In this document: one piece after another, positions 24,513 to 38,765 of the stretch
Layout of the letters: the number at the start of each line of letters is the position of its first letter
How positions within the stretch are numbered: position 1 is the first letter of the stretch
Assembly: GCA_013265495.1 (NCBI GenBank)
Contig: MU058687.1
Span: 2,110,001 to 2,174,000 of the forward strand
From: Vicugna vicugna
Lineage: Eukaryota
Direction of reading: 5' to 3'
DNA length: 64,000 nucleotides
Notes under the pieces: model-generated
What the model saw: only the letters and a program-made list of their open reading frames with translations
Told to the model about the DNA's origin: nothing
Databases searched by the model: none
Made by a program: the position numbers and the translations under genes

Positions 24513-25515
24513 TTTTAGAAAAACAGCTATTGGTGGTGTGTTTTTATAAGGCAACACTTTGAGTAACTTCTTTAGTGATTTCTTTCCCTTTTAGAGATCT
24601 CTGCAGTGATTTATGAGTTATCCTGGGTGTTAGTGGTCCATGAATCTGATACTTCATGTGATTAGCATGGCCTGAGTAGCTTCCCTGGGATCCAGTATAC
24701 ATTAGAAAATGAATGCAATATAAACTCTAGATGTTCTAGTAATAATTTCCTTCATTCTTCCTGTTTTGAAAGGGGTTCGGGGTGGGAGACATAAAGTTGT
24801 CCATCTTACCCTTTTTGGGCAGGAATAAGCTTTGGAAAGTGAGATGCTATCATTGTAGCTAGCAGAAAGAAGTTTGAACCCAGAGTCTGGCTATATGGAT
24901 CTAGTTTTGACATTGTCATTAATGAAGACTGTGGCCTTGGGCAAATGGTATAACTTCTTGACAAACCTTGGGGGATTATATTGTCTCTGTGGTTAGTTTT
25001 TTCTTGGTATTTCCTTGGATTGTTACTGTCAAGATGATTTTCTGTCCTATTAATGAGGTACCATAGAAGAAACAAAGTATGGATGTGTATTCTTAACTCA
25101 TTTATTATGAGATACAAATATAGCAAGAAATCTCTCAGGAATAGCTAGTTTTGAGTTAAGAAACATTTGTGGGCTTTGAATCCCCAAGTTCATTTATACT
25201 TCTTAGACATGGGAGGCAGTTTATTTTTGTGTTAAAGACTTTGGAGTTAGTTGGGCTTTGGTTTCAAACCATGCCTTCATCATTTACTAACTTGACCTTG
25301 ACTTCTCTGGGCTTCAGTTGCCTTGTATAAGGTTTGGAAGAGATAACAAATTTACAGATTTTTTTAGTATGGATTCTGGTAGGTGATAAGGGCTTTTAGT
25401 AAATGGTAGGTTCATTAGGTTTTGTTTTCAAAATACATTTAATTAAACCTATATCACTAAGAAAGCATCTTTCCATTTGATTTTTCATAGAGCATGTTAA
25501 AATTCCAGCTTTTGA

Positions 25516-25719
<204 letters not shown>

Positions 25720-27227
25720 TGAGGAGACCAAAATATACTTCGTACTTCTTTGGTTCTCTGTGGGGAGAGTCATCCCATGGCAAGCATACTCATGCCTGTA
25801 AGCATGCATTAACTATCTGAATTTTAGAACTAGTCCAGGGATTTTTCTAGAAGATTCAAGGGTGAGTCTCAAAGCTTGAGGTTCTCTCCATTCTTACCTA
25901 AATCAATCCATGGAGACTCTTGGAATATATATTAGCAGGGCGTTCCTTCAGCTTGCTATTGCCATTTGTGCCAGATTTAAGAAGCCTGGCAGCGTGTCCC
26001 TGCTGCTTATCCTGCTGTGAAACTGATGGGCTATTGAGTGCTCAATGGAAGCCTGAAGTAGTGGATCTTGGAAGAGAACAGATTTCAGTAACAATATTCA
26101 AGTACAAGGTATAATGACATTTTTTTAAATGAATGATCTAAGAATATTTTAAAATAATTATTTTAATAATTTTATTATTGTGGACTATAACACAAATACA
26201 TATCATTTCCCCTTGCTTTTCCTTCAGTTATGGTGTAGCAAGGTGGAGTGGAGAGAGCCTAGGACATGGGGAAGGAAATGCCGTGGTAGCGGTCTCTATA
26301 CTATCTGCCTAGCTCTGTGACTGATGGAGTCACTTTATTTCCTTGGGACATCAGGGTCATCACTTAAGATAGTGTGACATTGAACAAAACTGTTTCAGAG
26401 GTTTCTTTTAGCTCTGTAAATTTACAACGTGAGGATTCCCTGTAATCGATAATCAGCCAGTTAGTTACTAAGCATTTGTTGAGCATCTGCCAGTGATCAG
26501 AATTACACTAGAAGCTGTAAATTCCTATTCTGTAGCATTTCATTGTGATGAATTTAGGTGATTGAAAGGCATTCTCAAAGCAGTTGGTTCTTGGTAAAGA
26601 CTGCTCCCTGGCTGAGGCGCATTGTTTGCTATATTAAAACTTTTAAAAACATTTCAGTGACCACTTCTAAAAGTTCTTTATGGACCGTGTAAAGTATACA
26701 CAAGTAAGCCAGAAAAGGAAGAAGAAACTTTGAATGGCCTGTAATCCTATCCCTAGAGGCAATGTCATTGATAACGTTTTGGTGTGAATTCTTCCAGTTG
26801 TCTTTTCTATGTGTAGGACATGCACAGCAGTGAGAAAAATGGGATTATACTATACATGCTAGTTTTTACCGTTTCATGAATTGGAATGTTTTTGAGATAA
26901 TAGCTAACATTTAATTTGTAATTAGAAATTGTTGATAGTACCTTGTATTTGTGTAGGGTTTTCAGTTTATAAAGTACCTTCTGTGTGTTATTTCATTGAG
27001 TCTTCAAAACAGTGCTGTAAAATAGGATTATTCCTATTATTCCTTTTCTATAGATAGGGATTCCTAGGTCAGAGGTGAATGACATGCTTAAGATGATACT
27101 GCTGGTGACAAAGACAGGGGAATAATAAATCCTTGGCAAGTAGCCTAGTGATACTGGTTTTGGGTCAATCTAGTAAGATCCTGAGGAGGAGGCTTTTGGT
27201 GTATTAGAAGCATATCATTGCTCATGA

Positions 27228-27368
<141 letters not shown>

Positions 27369-27839
27369 TAGGCTCATTGGGAAGATAATACTCCCTATGG
27401 CACTTGTGTGTCCTATTGATAATCATGGTGCTGTGGAACTCCCTAGGGGTAATTAAGCCAAATGTATTTTGCGAGTTCAGAAGAGTGAACATTATATAGG
27501 ATATGAATGGGTACACACATAAAAGATGAAGCTCGATTCATACAGAAGTTCTGACAAAGCAAACACTATCATGACAGTGTCTACTGTCTGTCAATCTGCA
27601 GGCCTGATCTCTTGTCCCTTCTACTCTTTTGATTAATCTTAATATTATGTAAGTTGAAATACTTTTGACTTCTTTATGACTCTTCTTGAACTCATGAATG
27701 CTTCTTTTATTCTAACTTTGGTCTTTTATTCTAGAATTCATTAAAAAAAGAAAAAAAAAACTGTAAAAAGACCTGTTACCAAATTGCAAAAGCCCCTCCT
27801 TGGCCATGAGGGAGAAGTATCTATCATTTACCCACTTTT

Positions 27840-28010
27840 GCCTTTGCTAGGAACTATGCTAGGCACTCAGTTCATTTAATCCTGCCAACAACCTTGTAAA
27901 AAAAGGTGGTGTTTCCTTTAGCAGATGAGGAAAACTGCAGTTCAGAGAAGTTAAGGAATGTCTGATATTACCCAGATCGAAGTGGCAGAATAGAGAATTG
28001 AACCCACCTA
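27840..28010 (-). mobile_element. MIR SINE
   Basis: catttaatcct..cagatgaggaaaactg..cagagaagttaag..gaaccca. Confidence 0.7.
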
Positions 28011-30082
28011 CTTCTCTTTTATCTTTTTTAATTTAAAATTTAAAAATTATTTTATTTATTTTTTACTCCCACTTAGAGATTGAAAATAGGTTAAGACTGA
28101 GGCTCATACCCAGTCAGAAAAGATGGTGGTGGACAAAGAATAAGGATGAGAGAGGCATGTGAGAGCACTCAGTAAGCATCTAGAGTGCTGCATGTGGCCG
28201 CCTGGTGCCAGCCAGGCACTTGGTGGTCAGAGCCACAGCCTGGCTGCCCTTAGCAAGCTACTGTTTTATAGATTAATCAGGGAACTGTTTTCTGCCAAAG
28301 AATTGAGGATACTTGTTTTCAGATGAATTCATATGCTTTTTAATCTTTAAATTCAATTTCATATCTCTAATTAGAAAGACATTTGATTAACGGAAGAGCA
28401 ATACCTCTTCTTTTGGATTACTCATTTTATAGGCAATAAAATGCTACGCTTGCTATTCTGGGAGCTTACTCTTAACAGGACGCCTAGCAGGGTAGGAGTA
28501 GGTGGGGTGGAGGGAGGCGGGAGGTTGGGAGTGGGAACAGAGCGACAGTTGGACTTTTTCTCTTTATTGGCTAGGCCTGGCAGACGATGTTCTCCTTACC
28601 ACCTACCTTACTTTGTTTCAGCTCCTATAAAATAAGAGCCTTCTACTTCCAGGGAAGTAAATCATTTCATCCTGAAGGCTCCCTTTAGCTTGCCTGGAAG
28701 GAAAGTAGGGCCTATTGGATGTGTCTCTAATGATTTCAAATGAATAGGATAATATTTACTTGTTTAATTCATCTTCATCACCTTAAAGGGATATTTGTCA
28801 TTTCTACCAGAGGTCACTGTTCTGCCCCCCCCCCGTCATCTCTCTTCTCTTTCTAAACTGTAATCATAAATAATGAGTTTCATTCACAGCTCCCTGCCAG
28901 CGAGCTGCTAATTACGCAAAGTACTGCTTGTAATTTACACAGTAATAAACTGTAAATTTAAGCATTACGGCACTTTAAGTTAATAATTTTTCTGCTGTAA
29001 CAAATAGCTCATTTTTCACCCATCTTTTCCCTTGGCCCCACTACCATGGCCGTGTGTGTGACCAGGAGGCACAGGTGTAAGGGATGAAGAATATGAAGAA
29101 TACAGTATGTGAAACCTTTTCATTTAACTCCACTCCCACCCAAAATCTGACCTCAAGTTAGTTTTTCTGTAGCCAGTTCTGCTAAAATGCGTATCCTAAT
29201 ATTTAGGCTAATCCGCACATATAGATGAATACAAATAATAATGCTTGCCCAGAAACAAATGTGTTTGAGTAACAGGCTTGACATTTTTGACATTCATGCC
29301 TGTGACTTCCGCTCGCTCATCTTAACACTTACTCATATGTGCGTAACTCTTACTCATGTAACAGTTCATGTTGGTGCCCTTCCCCAGGTTCTGTGATAGA
29401 TATTCATTGTAAATGTATTCAAGTTAAATGAAGGGTGAGTGCCTTCTGCTGTTGTCCAGTTTTTTGGAGATGATTAGCTTCTGAATTGCCTGTGGTGTTA
29501 TGGGTATGGTTTCATATTATAATCTTGAGAACCGCAAATTGAAGATCCAATTTATATAAACTTCTATTTTTACTTTAAGAGATAATGTTTAACAGACAAA
29601 ATACAGGGTGACAATTTTTTTAAGTTACAAAAGTGGTTTGAAGTGTATACATTTAGTCAGTAGATACTTACGTGTTACCAGTGAGGCCTTGTTGTAAGTG
29701 TCCCGTTATGAAGGCTCTTGAGGCTATAATCACATGACTCTAGGGAGCTTGGTGTGCTGGCCTGTTAAAAATTGGCTGCTATTGAATTTTTTAAAAAAAG
29801 TGTTTCAATATACTTTAATAACTCCAGGAGGTATTTACGCACTATATTAAAATACTGTATATGGTTTAAAAATGTTTATAATGACTTTTTTTTTGAGCAC
29901 TAGGGAAAAATAAGTCTAGAATAACATGCAATACTTTTTAAGGTAGAGTCCCATAAAAAGATATGTAGTTGCTGTTGGAATTTAAGATTGACATTTGACG
30001 TGTGCCTTTGGGGTTGCTGGTACAGTTATGGAGGTGTGAGCTTGATGATGGATCGTACTTACATATTTGTTTCTGTGGTTAG

Positions 30083-30181
<99 letters not shown>

Positions 30182-31052
30182 TAAGTGCTTATGTATTTAC
30201 CGGTAAAGGGAAGTTTTATGAAGGAACCCAGAAATTTGATTTTAGAGCTGAAAGAGATCTTAAATGATTGGTACTTTATAACAGTTAACATGACTAATAC
30301 CCTAAATACATGAGAGTGATTTATTTTTTTCTTTCTAGATTTATTTGTGTTTCTTTGCTTTTTATGTCTATAGGTGCTACATTTTAAAAGTAGCCTCCAA
30401 TAAGGGTGTTATATTTGAAACTAATTTTTCTGTCTCTTAAAAATTTTTTTGTTAAAAAACAGATGATTACCTCTGTATTCTCCTATATGCTTTTCCCATT
30501 TTTAGACCTCTAGACAGAAAAATCTTTTCATTCTGACTGCTGTGATAAGTGCAGCTGGAAAGCCTGTATGTAGCTATAGGAGAATCATTCCACCCTTTCT
30601 TGAGACAGCCTTGTGCTGTGACATGGCTGGCTCTTTGATGTCTCCAGTACATATCATGGCCAGTATCCAGTTATGATCCTGTGCTCATCCAGCCTGGTTG
30701 AAGGTTTAATTGATAAAACAGGCAGGATGTGCATGTGGTTTATGTCTTTGTTGACTTGGGGATCCTGTTCTCACTGTACAACTAAGAGTGCGTTGGTGTC
30801 ACACTGTAATCTTGAGTTTATTTTTAGTGTCCAGTCTTCTGCATTCCATTAAAAGACTTTTTCCTTTGAAGAGTTATTTCCTGCAGAAAAGTTCATACAC
30901 ATTTAACTTCTCTCTCCTTTCTCCTCCAGTTCCATTTTTTTCTGATTTGTCTTCACTTCATTAACCCAGCATCTCTTCATCTTCTCCTCTCTATAATTTT
31001 CCTACCACTTCTTTTATTGTTTTCTTTCCTGTTATTCTCTCCCTCTCTTTAG

Positions 31053-31092
31053 TTTCTGGTTGTCATCAGCTGGGAAAAGAGAACGAAATCAG
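31053..31092 (+). CDS. GPATCH2L: GPATCH2L alternative exon 7a (40 nt): (D)FWLSSAGKRERNQ
   Basis: Very long pyrimidine tract ending ctctttag|T, donor CAG|gtaaga; length 3n+1 joins exon 6 to exon 8 in frame. Confidence 0.85.
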
Positions 31093-31143
31093 GTAAGATT
31101 GCTCTTCTTTGTCATCTTTATCATTTGATTTCCTTTTCTTTAG

Positions 31144-31198
31144 AAAGAATAAAGCTTTGGCTTCTGGTTTTCCTCACATTTCTGCTTGTTCACATGAG
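31144..31198 (+). CDS. GPATCH2L: GPATCH2L alternative exon 7b (55 nt): (E)KNKALASGFPHISACSHE
   Basis: Acceptor ccttttctttag|A, donor GAG|gtaagg; length 3n+1, also in frame; resembles the recalled human isoform peptide KNKALASDFPHISACAHE. Confidence 0.8.
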
Positions 31199-32661
31199 GT
31201 AAGGCTCCCGTTCCTTACGTTATTCTGATTTTCTTGGAGGACTGTTTTTCAAGAATATCTAGTATTCACTGATAAGAACTCTAGCTAATTCCCCTTTTTA
31301 GAATCAAATGTGACCTTCAAAACATATTTCACAGCGATCCAGTTTTTATCCTAGTTTTGAACTTTGCACTAAGAAATCAGAATGAACCTCATCTGCTTAT
31401 GGTTTAGTTCAGCATCAGCATCCTGTGCTGAGAAGCACAACATTGAAACCTGAACACAGGAAACAGAAGGCAGAGCTGCTTTGGGTGAAGTGGGACGAGG
31501 CCTTAGAGCCTCTCACTTTTTTCCTGGCTGTGCCCCGAGGGGATCCTTGGCACATCTAGGCCTTTGTCAGGGTCATAATTTTAAAATTACTGACACTGGC
31601 TAACAATATGTTCCTTTAATGTTTGAAGCTTTTGGTTTTTGTTGGGAGAGAGGTTGCTTTACCTTGATGATTAGTTATGAAATAGATTAAGACTGATAGG
31701 TAAGAATTCTTAGGCTTCCTATTGCTTTGTGGTTTTGGGTGTTTTTTTTTTTTGACTACTTATTAGCTTGTTCAGTTGATACACATTTTAGACTAGGAAC
31801 CTTCATCTTGAAGTCACTATTTCAAAATGAACTATAATAGCAGTAGACCTAACTGGTTTGTATTTATGATATGATTTTAGATGATGTGTGGATACACAAT
31901 TTTTACTTTAAATTACAATAATCTATATTAGAAAAATGTAATCATTATAGCAAACTTGTTATTTCATAGACATGTAGTAAGGACAGACTGAGTAAAAATA
32001 ATTGATATGAAGAAAAATATTAAGTAAATAGTAGAGCAGGTGGTGGGCAGATAAAGAAAAAACCATTTTTACAGATGAGAAACTGAAATTACTTTATAAA
32101 GTTAAAGCAGTATTTTATTTAGCCCTCCCAATAATCCTATAAAATAGAGAAGACAGATGGCAATACATCCAATTTACAGATGAGGATAGTAAAGCCTGAA
32201 GAGATTTTGTAGTTTTTAATGTATGGCAACTTACTGGTAGACTAGAAGTAAACGCTGGGTATTCTAATTCTTAATCTAGTTCTGTTTCCACTACACTGCT
32301 GCTGGTTGTGCTAACCAGTTATTCACTGGAAACATCTGCCAGGATAAGGAAATGAAAAGGTAATTTTATGCTAGTGTTCTTGGAAACGAGGGCTGGTCAT
32401 CAGCAGGCATAACTTCCCATTATGTCAATTAGAAAGTACTGTCTTCTGCTATTTAAGTAATTACTGTGTATCAGAAGTTTTTGAAAAACTGTTGTTTACC
32501 AAGGAATAGTCTGTTTTTGAGGTGTGCTTGATCAGTTATGCTACATTCATGGGTTGAATATGCACAACTTGATTGAATGGTGTCTGTGATATGACAAAAG
32601 AATTGAACAAAGGGGAAAAGTGATCAGGTAGCGGGTTTAGGATCAGGTCTGTTTCATGTAA

Positions 32662-32781
<120 letters not shown>

Positions 32782-33049
32782 TAATTGTCTCCCAGTGGCT
32801 GTTTTTCTCCAGGCGATACTATTTTCCTTTTCATAACACTTTCACACTAAAGTATGTTTCTGTATGGTACCCAATTTGATCTTTACAACAGTCTTTTGAG
32901 GTCATCAGTTGTTTTACAGATGCAGAAACTGAGGCAGAATGTTGAAGTACCTTTCCTGTGGTCACATGGCTAGTGTGTGATTTAAATCTCAACTTTGACC
33001 TAAATTCTGGCTCATATTCCGTATTCCTTTTGCTAAAAGCCCCATCTTC

Positions 33050-33560
33050 AAAGAATGTTATTAATGGTTCTTGCCATGTCATGCACAACCCTGTGTGATC
33101 TGATTCCTGCCTCCATGTCCAGCCTCCTTTCATAGACTTCTTCGTCCTCAGTGGGGAGAGGTCCAGCTATGCCAGAGAACTCCGTTTTGTTCTTCAAAAT
33201 TACAGCCCTTTCCTACCACTGGTCCCTCTCACGTGCTCCGTTTGCCTGGACTCCCGTCTTAGAGCTCTTTCCATGATTGGCTCCTTGTCATCTCAGCTCG
33301 GGCCACCTCCTCCGGGAGGACCTCTCTGACCATCCTGTCTAAAGGGGCCACCAGCACCACTGTCTGCTCATCATCTGTTTCTTTCCTTTAGAGCTTAATC
33401 ACAGTCTGTAATGACTTTATTTATTCGTTTTGTCCCTGTCTCTCTCACTAGAATTCAAGCTTCAAAGTGCTGGGACCTTGTCTTGTTTCCTGTGTCCCCA
33501 GCACCTAACACAGTGTCTGGCACTTACTGGGCATTCAGTATATATTTGTCAGAATGAATG
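33050..33560. mobile_element. LINE-2 3' fragment
   Basis: gtccccagcacctaacacagtgtctggcac..catttcagta-like motif and gaatgaatg terminus. Confidence 0.75.
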
Positions 33561-36155
33561 CTGCACCCACATAGCAGAATGAAACCAGTGCCTCTGAACA
33601 TAAATTCTCTTAAGTTGAGTGACATGCAGAGTTAATATGATTTTAATGACAGCGTGCCCTAGTGGGTTACTGTGCACAGAGAGCAGCTCATAGGCTGAAC
33701 CATATAACTTTTGTTATTTTAGTGACACAAAGATTTTCTTTCCAAGGTTCTGATGATTGTTTTTTCTTTTTTTCTTCTTAACATGTTCTTAAGTGGATAT
33801 ATTTCATAGATTTGGGGTGCAGGCTGCACAAAGAAATTATTCTTTCATGGATACGTCAGAACTTCTGCTATGGGCTATAATAATTAACTCTGTACCATAA
33901 CCTAGTGCCTAGCCTTCCACTGGAAAAGTCGTATTTCAATAGAGAAGGTCTTTTGAAAAGAGAGACTGTTACATGAAGAACTTGGAAAATTGTGGGATAT
34001 TAATAAACTACTGTAGATCTTTTCTTCAGTTGCATGCTATTTATTCATCCTTCATTCATCATTTGCTGACTCCCTGCTATGTACAAGTCACTTTGTTTAG
34101 TACTGCCCTTATGGGGCTTATATTCTCATGGGAAAGTCAGGTGTGGAAATCGATAATTACAGTGACAAGTGCATGAAGGTGTGTGTGCACCAGGATGATA
34201 TGTGCAGCACAGAGAAGCAGCTCCTGACTCAGGCTCAGGGAGCTTTTCTTAGAGGTGGTGGTGTTCAGGCTGTCTTGGAAGACACAAGATTTCAGTCCAT
34301 AGGAAAGCAATCTCCAGCTTTTTGTCTTAATACCAAATAAAATAATGGCTGTGTATATACTCTTTGGGAAGACTGTATGAGTAGTACCATATAGTATCGT
34401 GTCAGATGCTGAAAGTGGATTATTTGCCCTCCTCCCTTTACCTCTGCTACCTAGAGCTGTGCGGTGCTGAGATTAGTATCCATGCTTTTATCAGGTTTCC
34501 GGTTGCCTTTAAGGCCTCATCCTGGCTGGACTGGGTGTGAACTTCTTGTTTCTTTGTGTATCTCATTATCTGTATCATTATCTTCATTCTCTTGCTGGCA
34601 GTGCTTGTGGCTGGACTTGGAAACATAAGGAAGCCCAGGCTGTGTTTCTGATGCACTCAGCTCTAGGGAAATATTACTTACCGCTTCAGACTGTTGCTGA
34701 AAGCAAGATGAGAGAATGTGGACAACTATGGCTCTTCCTTGTCCTTCCAGACATCATTCCCAGGCAATGGATACAAAGTGGGTTGCAGATATGAAGGTTC
34801 TTTGGGGATAGGGAAGAAGGGTTTTTTTTGGAAGAAATTTTTTGAAATTTTCATTTATTTATTATCTTTCTAAAAAAATTGTATGTGCTGCTGAAGTGAG
34901 CACTGTTTATTATCTTATCCTTAAATTTTTTAAAAGTTGTACATATAGTTTAGCAGCACATATTTTTGTTTTATGTGTATTTATTGCACATAAAAGAGAG
35001 AGTTTGCTCAAATTTTTTTCCTGATGAGTGCACAGTCAATAAAGTTTGGCAACCACTAATCTGTGGGAAATGGGCAGCACAAGTGACCTTTGTGCAGGTT
35101 TTTGAAAATGTGGATGATAAAACACTTAGCCTTCAGTGCTCCCTTTTTTCCTTTGAAATGGTGGGGTCCTTGCCCAGCAAGGAGCTGGTAAAGAGGAGCA
35201 GTCTAGCTCCAGTGTGGCCGACTAATGAGAGAGGATTCAGAAGCGGATGGCGGGCTTTGCAAAGAGTTGACCATTTAACAAAGCCTGGCACCTACGAAGG
35301 GATGTTGGAGTGATGGTGCTAGGGAAGAGGCAGGTGAATGACTGTATTAAAAACTGTTTCGAATGGAAATTTTACCTTTTTCTTGCTCCGTTTTATTTGT
35401 AGTAGGAAAAGATTTCTTTCAAAGCATCTGGGCAGCATTGGGAATTTCACACCCATCATTAGAACGATTTGTGTGTGTGTGTGTGGTGACTATGTTATCA
35501 TTAGTGGTATAATTTTATTTTGCGAAGAGAGAAGTGTTTCCTGTTTTATCACAGCTTTCCCCGAGGAGGGCTGGTGTATTAATTTGCTGTATTGCCTCCT
35601 GGCTGTTCCCAGGCTGTTTTTCCTCTTCATCATGGAATTTTTAATGGCCCTACTGCCTCTTGGGAAGCATGTGAGGAAGAGTTCCTCAGGGAGTGCTTCC
35701 TTTTTTTCACATGCCTATAATTACTCTCCTGTAAGAGCACAAAGAGTCTGATAATCATGCCTGGACTGTGAAGGTTTCCTCCTGTCGGGTTATTGAGCGC
35801 AGGCCACTCCCTGCCTGGACAAGGCCAGTTCCGCTCTCCCAAGCCTCCTGCTTCATGAGACTGAGGGCTCCTCTGCCACCTCCTCCCTGCGGGGCCCTCT
35901 GCAGCTCTGCTTCTCCCAGGGAGGCCTGGGGGCCGCTGTGGGGGCGATGAGTGACCTCAGGGTGCTCTCTTGTTTAGTACTTCATTGCTATAAACAAAGA
36001 GGTAATGGGATGTGATTTTAGGAGAACATTTGATTGATGTGTCATCGTACTGTAGCCCAGATGGCAGGTACAATGAGAGCGAGTCTGTGGTCTCTGTACC
36101 ACCTAATCGACTTGTGGGCTAAGAGGTTTTCAGAAATACCACTCTAGACTTAAGT

Positions 36156-36335
36156 CGGTGGTTTTCAACCCTGACTGTGCTTTTGAATCACTTGAGAAGC
36201 TTTAAAAAATATATCCATGCTGGGCTCCCACTTCCCAGGAGTGTGATTACATTGCAGTGGGGTGAGGCACAGGCATTGGCAGTAATTTGAAGCTCCCAGG
36301 TGACTCTAATATGCAGCCAGGGTTAGGAACTGTTG
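36156..36335. mobile_element. MER5-like hAT MITE
   Basis: cggtggttttcaaccctg .. agctcccaggtgactctaatatgcagccagggtt. Confidence 0.8.
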
Positions 36336-38399
36336 CCCCAAATGCACATGGTTTTATGACTGGTGCTTTGTAATTTGCTTAACAGGAAATCCCACTTCCT
36401 AATTGGCATGAGCCCCGTGCTTTGGCATTGGGAGCATGATTCTGTAGGGGAGGTAGAACCCACCCTGGGCTCCTCTGAGCTTTGGAGAACTGCTGCAGGT
36501 GAAGAAGGGGGCGTTCAGGTCCAGTACAGTGCCCAGCACAGGGTGACTCCCCATGGGCGGAGTTGGTGGGTGGGTGTACGGATAGTTGGACAGTTGGCAG
36601 GGTACATGGATAAAATTCATAAACCAGTTTTGGTTGCTAGTACTGGGGTATTGCTATTAAAGTAGTAAGACTTGGTACTGGAGTTAACAGTTGCTGCGGC
36701 TCAAACAGCAGATGGTGTGGTTGGTGTTCTGGTAGAGGCATGGGATCGCTGTCAAGGACACAGTCGTAGAATGGTGATAAGGAGCTAGCGCTGTAGGCAG
36801 CATTGCCCAAAATGAGAGATTTATTGATTGTGAACGATAGCTGTTTTTTTTTTACCATTATTGTCTTAGAAAATCATAACTAGAACTTACCAATTACTAC
36901 ATATCTTTGTATGATGCACAAGTCACCACTTGTCGTTTTTGAGCGTCTTGCAGCAGTTGTGAGTTCTCTCCAACTTCCCTGACCTTTCCTCTGTTTTGGG
37001 TGGTGACTTGGTAATGTATCACCATTCCCATTTATTCCTTCTTCAAGTTCTTAATCTCATATTAGTGTGAGGCAGACTCAGGTAAGAATCTTGGCTTTAC
37101 CTGGGCACATGACTTAACCTCCCCATACCTCAACTTCCTCACTTTGAAAAGGAAACTATCGATATTTTTTTGAGCAAGCGGAGATCAAAATGAAATAATA
37201 GATTTGAATACTTAGCATACTGGTAGCTAAAATTATTATTTTTATTATATAGTTACTACCCTACCCCGTACTTAGGATAACTGCAGTTTTACAAACTTTG
37301 AGTTGGCTTGTACAGTCATTCGCTAAGGAGGTGTAGTACAGATTCTTGAGGTGCTTAAATGGCCTCAAGTGGACTATAAGAGGAGGCATTTGGACAGTGT
37401 TTGGGTGAAAAGAGAGACCTTCCTGCCCATTAGAGAGTTGAAATGTGATGGGCTGCACTCATTGTGATTCATTTTATCTGTTCACAAGCATTATGATCTG
37501 CATATCAGAGTTGTGTGCCCAGCTGGCTGTGCCACTTGACAAGAGGTTTCAAAGAGCAAAAAGAAGACTCAATGCATGCTATTAATTTTGACCTTTGGAG
37601 CCACAGTAAACAGCCTCAGGTTTTACCTCAGGGCTTGGGGGAAAGAACCTTTTATTAGTCCTCTGTCTGTTGGGGATGCTGTGATGCACGGCAGCTCTTG
37701 CTCACCTCTTTAGTGCCTTAGTTTTGGCCATGTATCAGGAAATGTTTCTGCTATAATACTGTCCATACGGCTGCCCTGTCCTACTGCAGCCTCCCGTTGT
37801 ATAGTACACAGTTCTGGAATCTTTTGTCCTCTGTTGGATGGTCTTGTTTATAGCAGCTCTCAGCCAGCTGGCATCTTACTGCCTGAGTAGGAAGATGAAA
37901 GCATTTTCTCTCTCTCTGTTTTGCTGTTGTAATATACCCATCTTTTCAACTGATGTGAGACTATTCTGCTCTGTGGGTGGCATGAAACAGCTTCATGATA
38001 TGCCAACCATGGCCCAGCCAAGGGAAGTAGATTATGGAGAATTTTCAGGTGCTGGTGAGCAATTTGTCACAGACTGCTGAGGGTTAGATTTGGGTGAAAA
38101 CACTAGTGGAATTGCCAGGATTTCTTCTTGTTAGATCAACCTCCTTTGTGTCCTCTAATTGTGAAGTGGTCTTCTGTTCTGCCTACTTCTAGTGTCATAG
38201 GCCTGGGTCCTCTTATATGTGCAAATCTGTGAAAATATTTCCCCTACTGGGTGCTTAATAAATGTCAGTTAACCCTGAAGGTAAAATCACATGTGAGGAA
38301 GGGGTCTCTACTTCTTTGGAGTTAATCCTCTTTTTCCTCATTTTACCCTCACACTTTGCTTGTTCCTTGATTATAGCTCAGTGTCTTAATATCTATCCA

Positions 38400-38765
38400 T
38401 TTTTTGTGTTTTTAAAGTACAGTTGATTTACAGTGTTGCATTAGTTTCTAGTGTCTAGCATAGTGATTCAGTTATACATATAAATATGTTCTTTTTCATA
38501 TTCTTTTTATAGGTTATTACAAACTACTGAATATGCTTCCCTGTGCTATACAGTAGGACTTTGTTTTATCTGTTTTATACATTTTAGTGTTTATCTGCAA
38601 ATCCCAGACTCCTGATTTATCCCTTCCCCTCCTTTCCCCCTTTGGCAACCATAAGTTTGTTTTCTGTCTCTGTGAGTCTCTTTCTGTTTTGTAGGTAAGT
38701 TCACTTGTGTCTTTTTTTAGATTTCATGTACAAGTGATGTCATATGATAGACAAATATCATATGA
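38400..38765 (-). mobile_element. 5'-truncated L1 3'-end fragment
   Basis: Colinear with 10730-11080 of the full-length L1 (ccctgtgctataca, ggcaaccataagt, ttttttagatt). Confidence 0.85.

Noticed and set aside
34966..36858. Cluster of 60-137-aa ORFs in intron 8, and ORF 57127-57582
   Set aside because: No recognisable domains or consistent splice structure; within the chance range.
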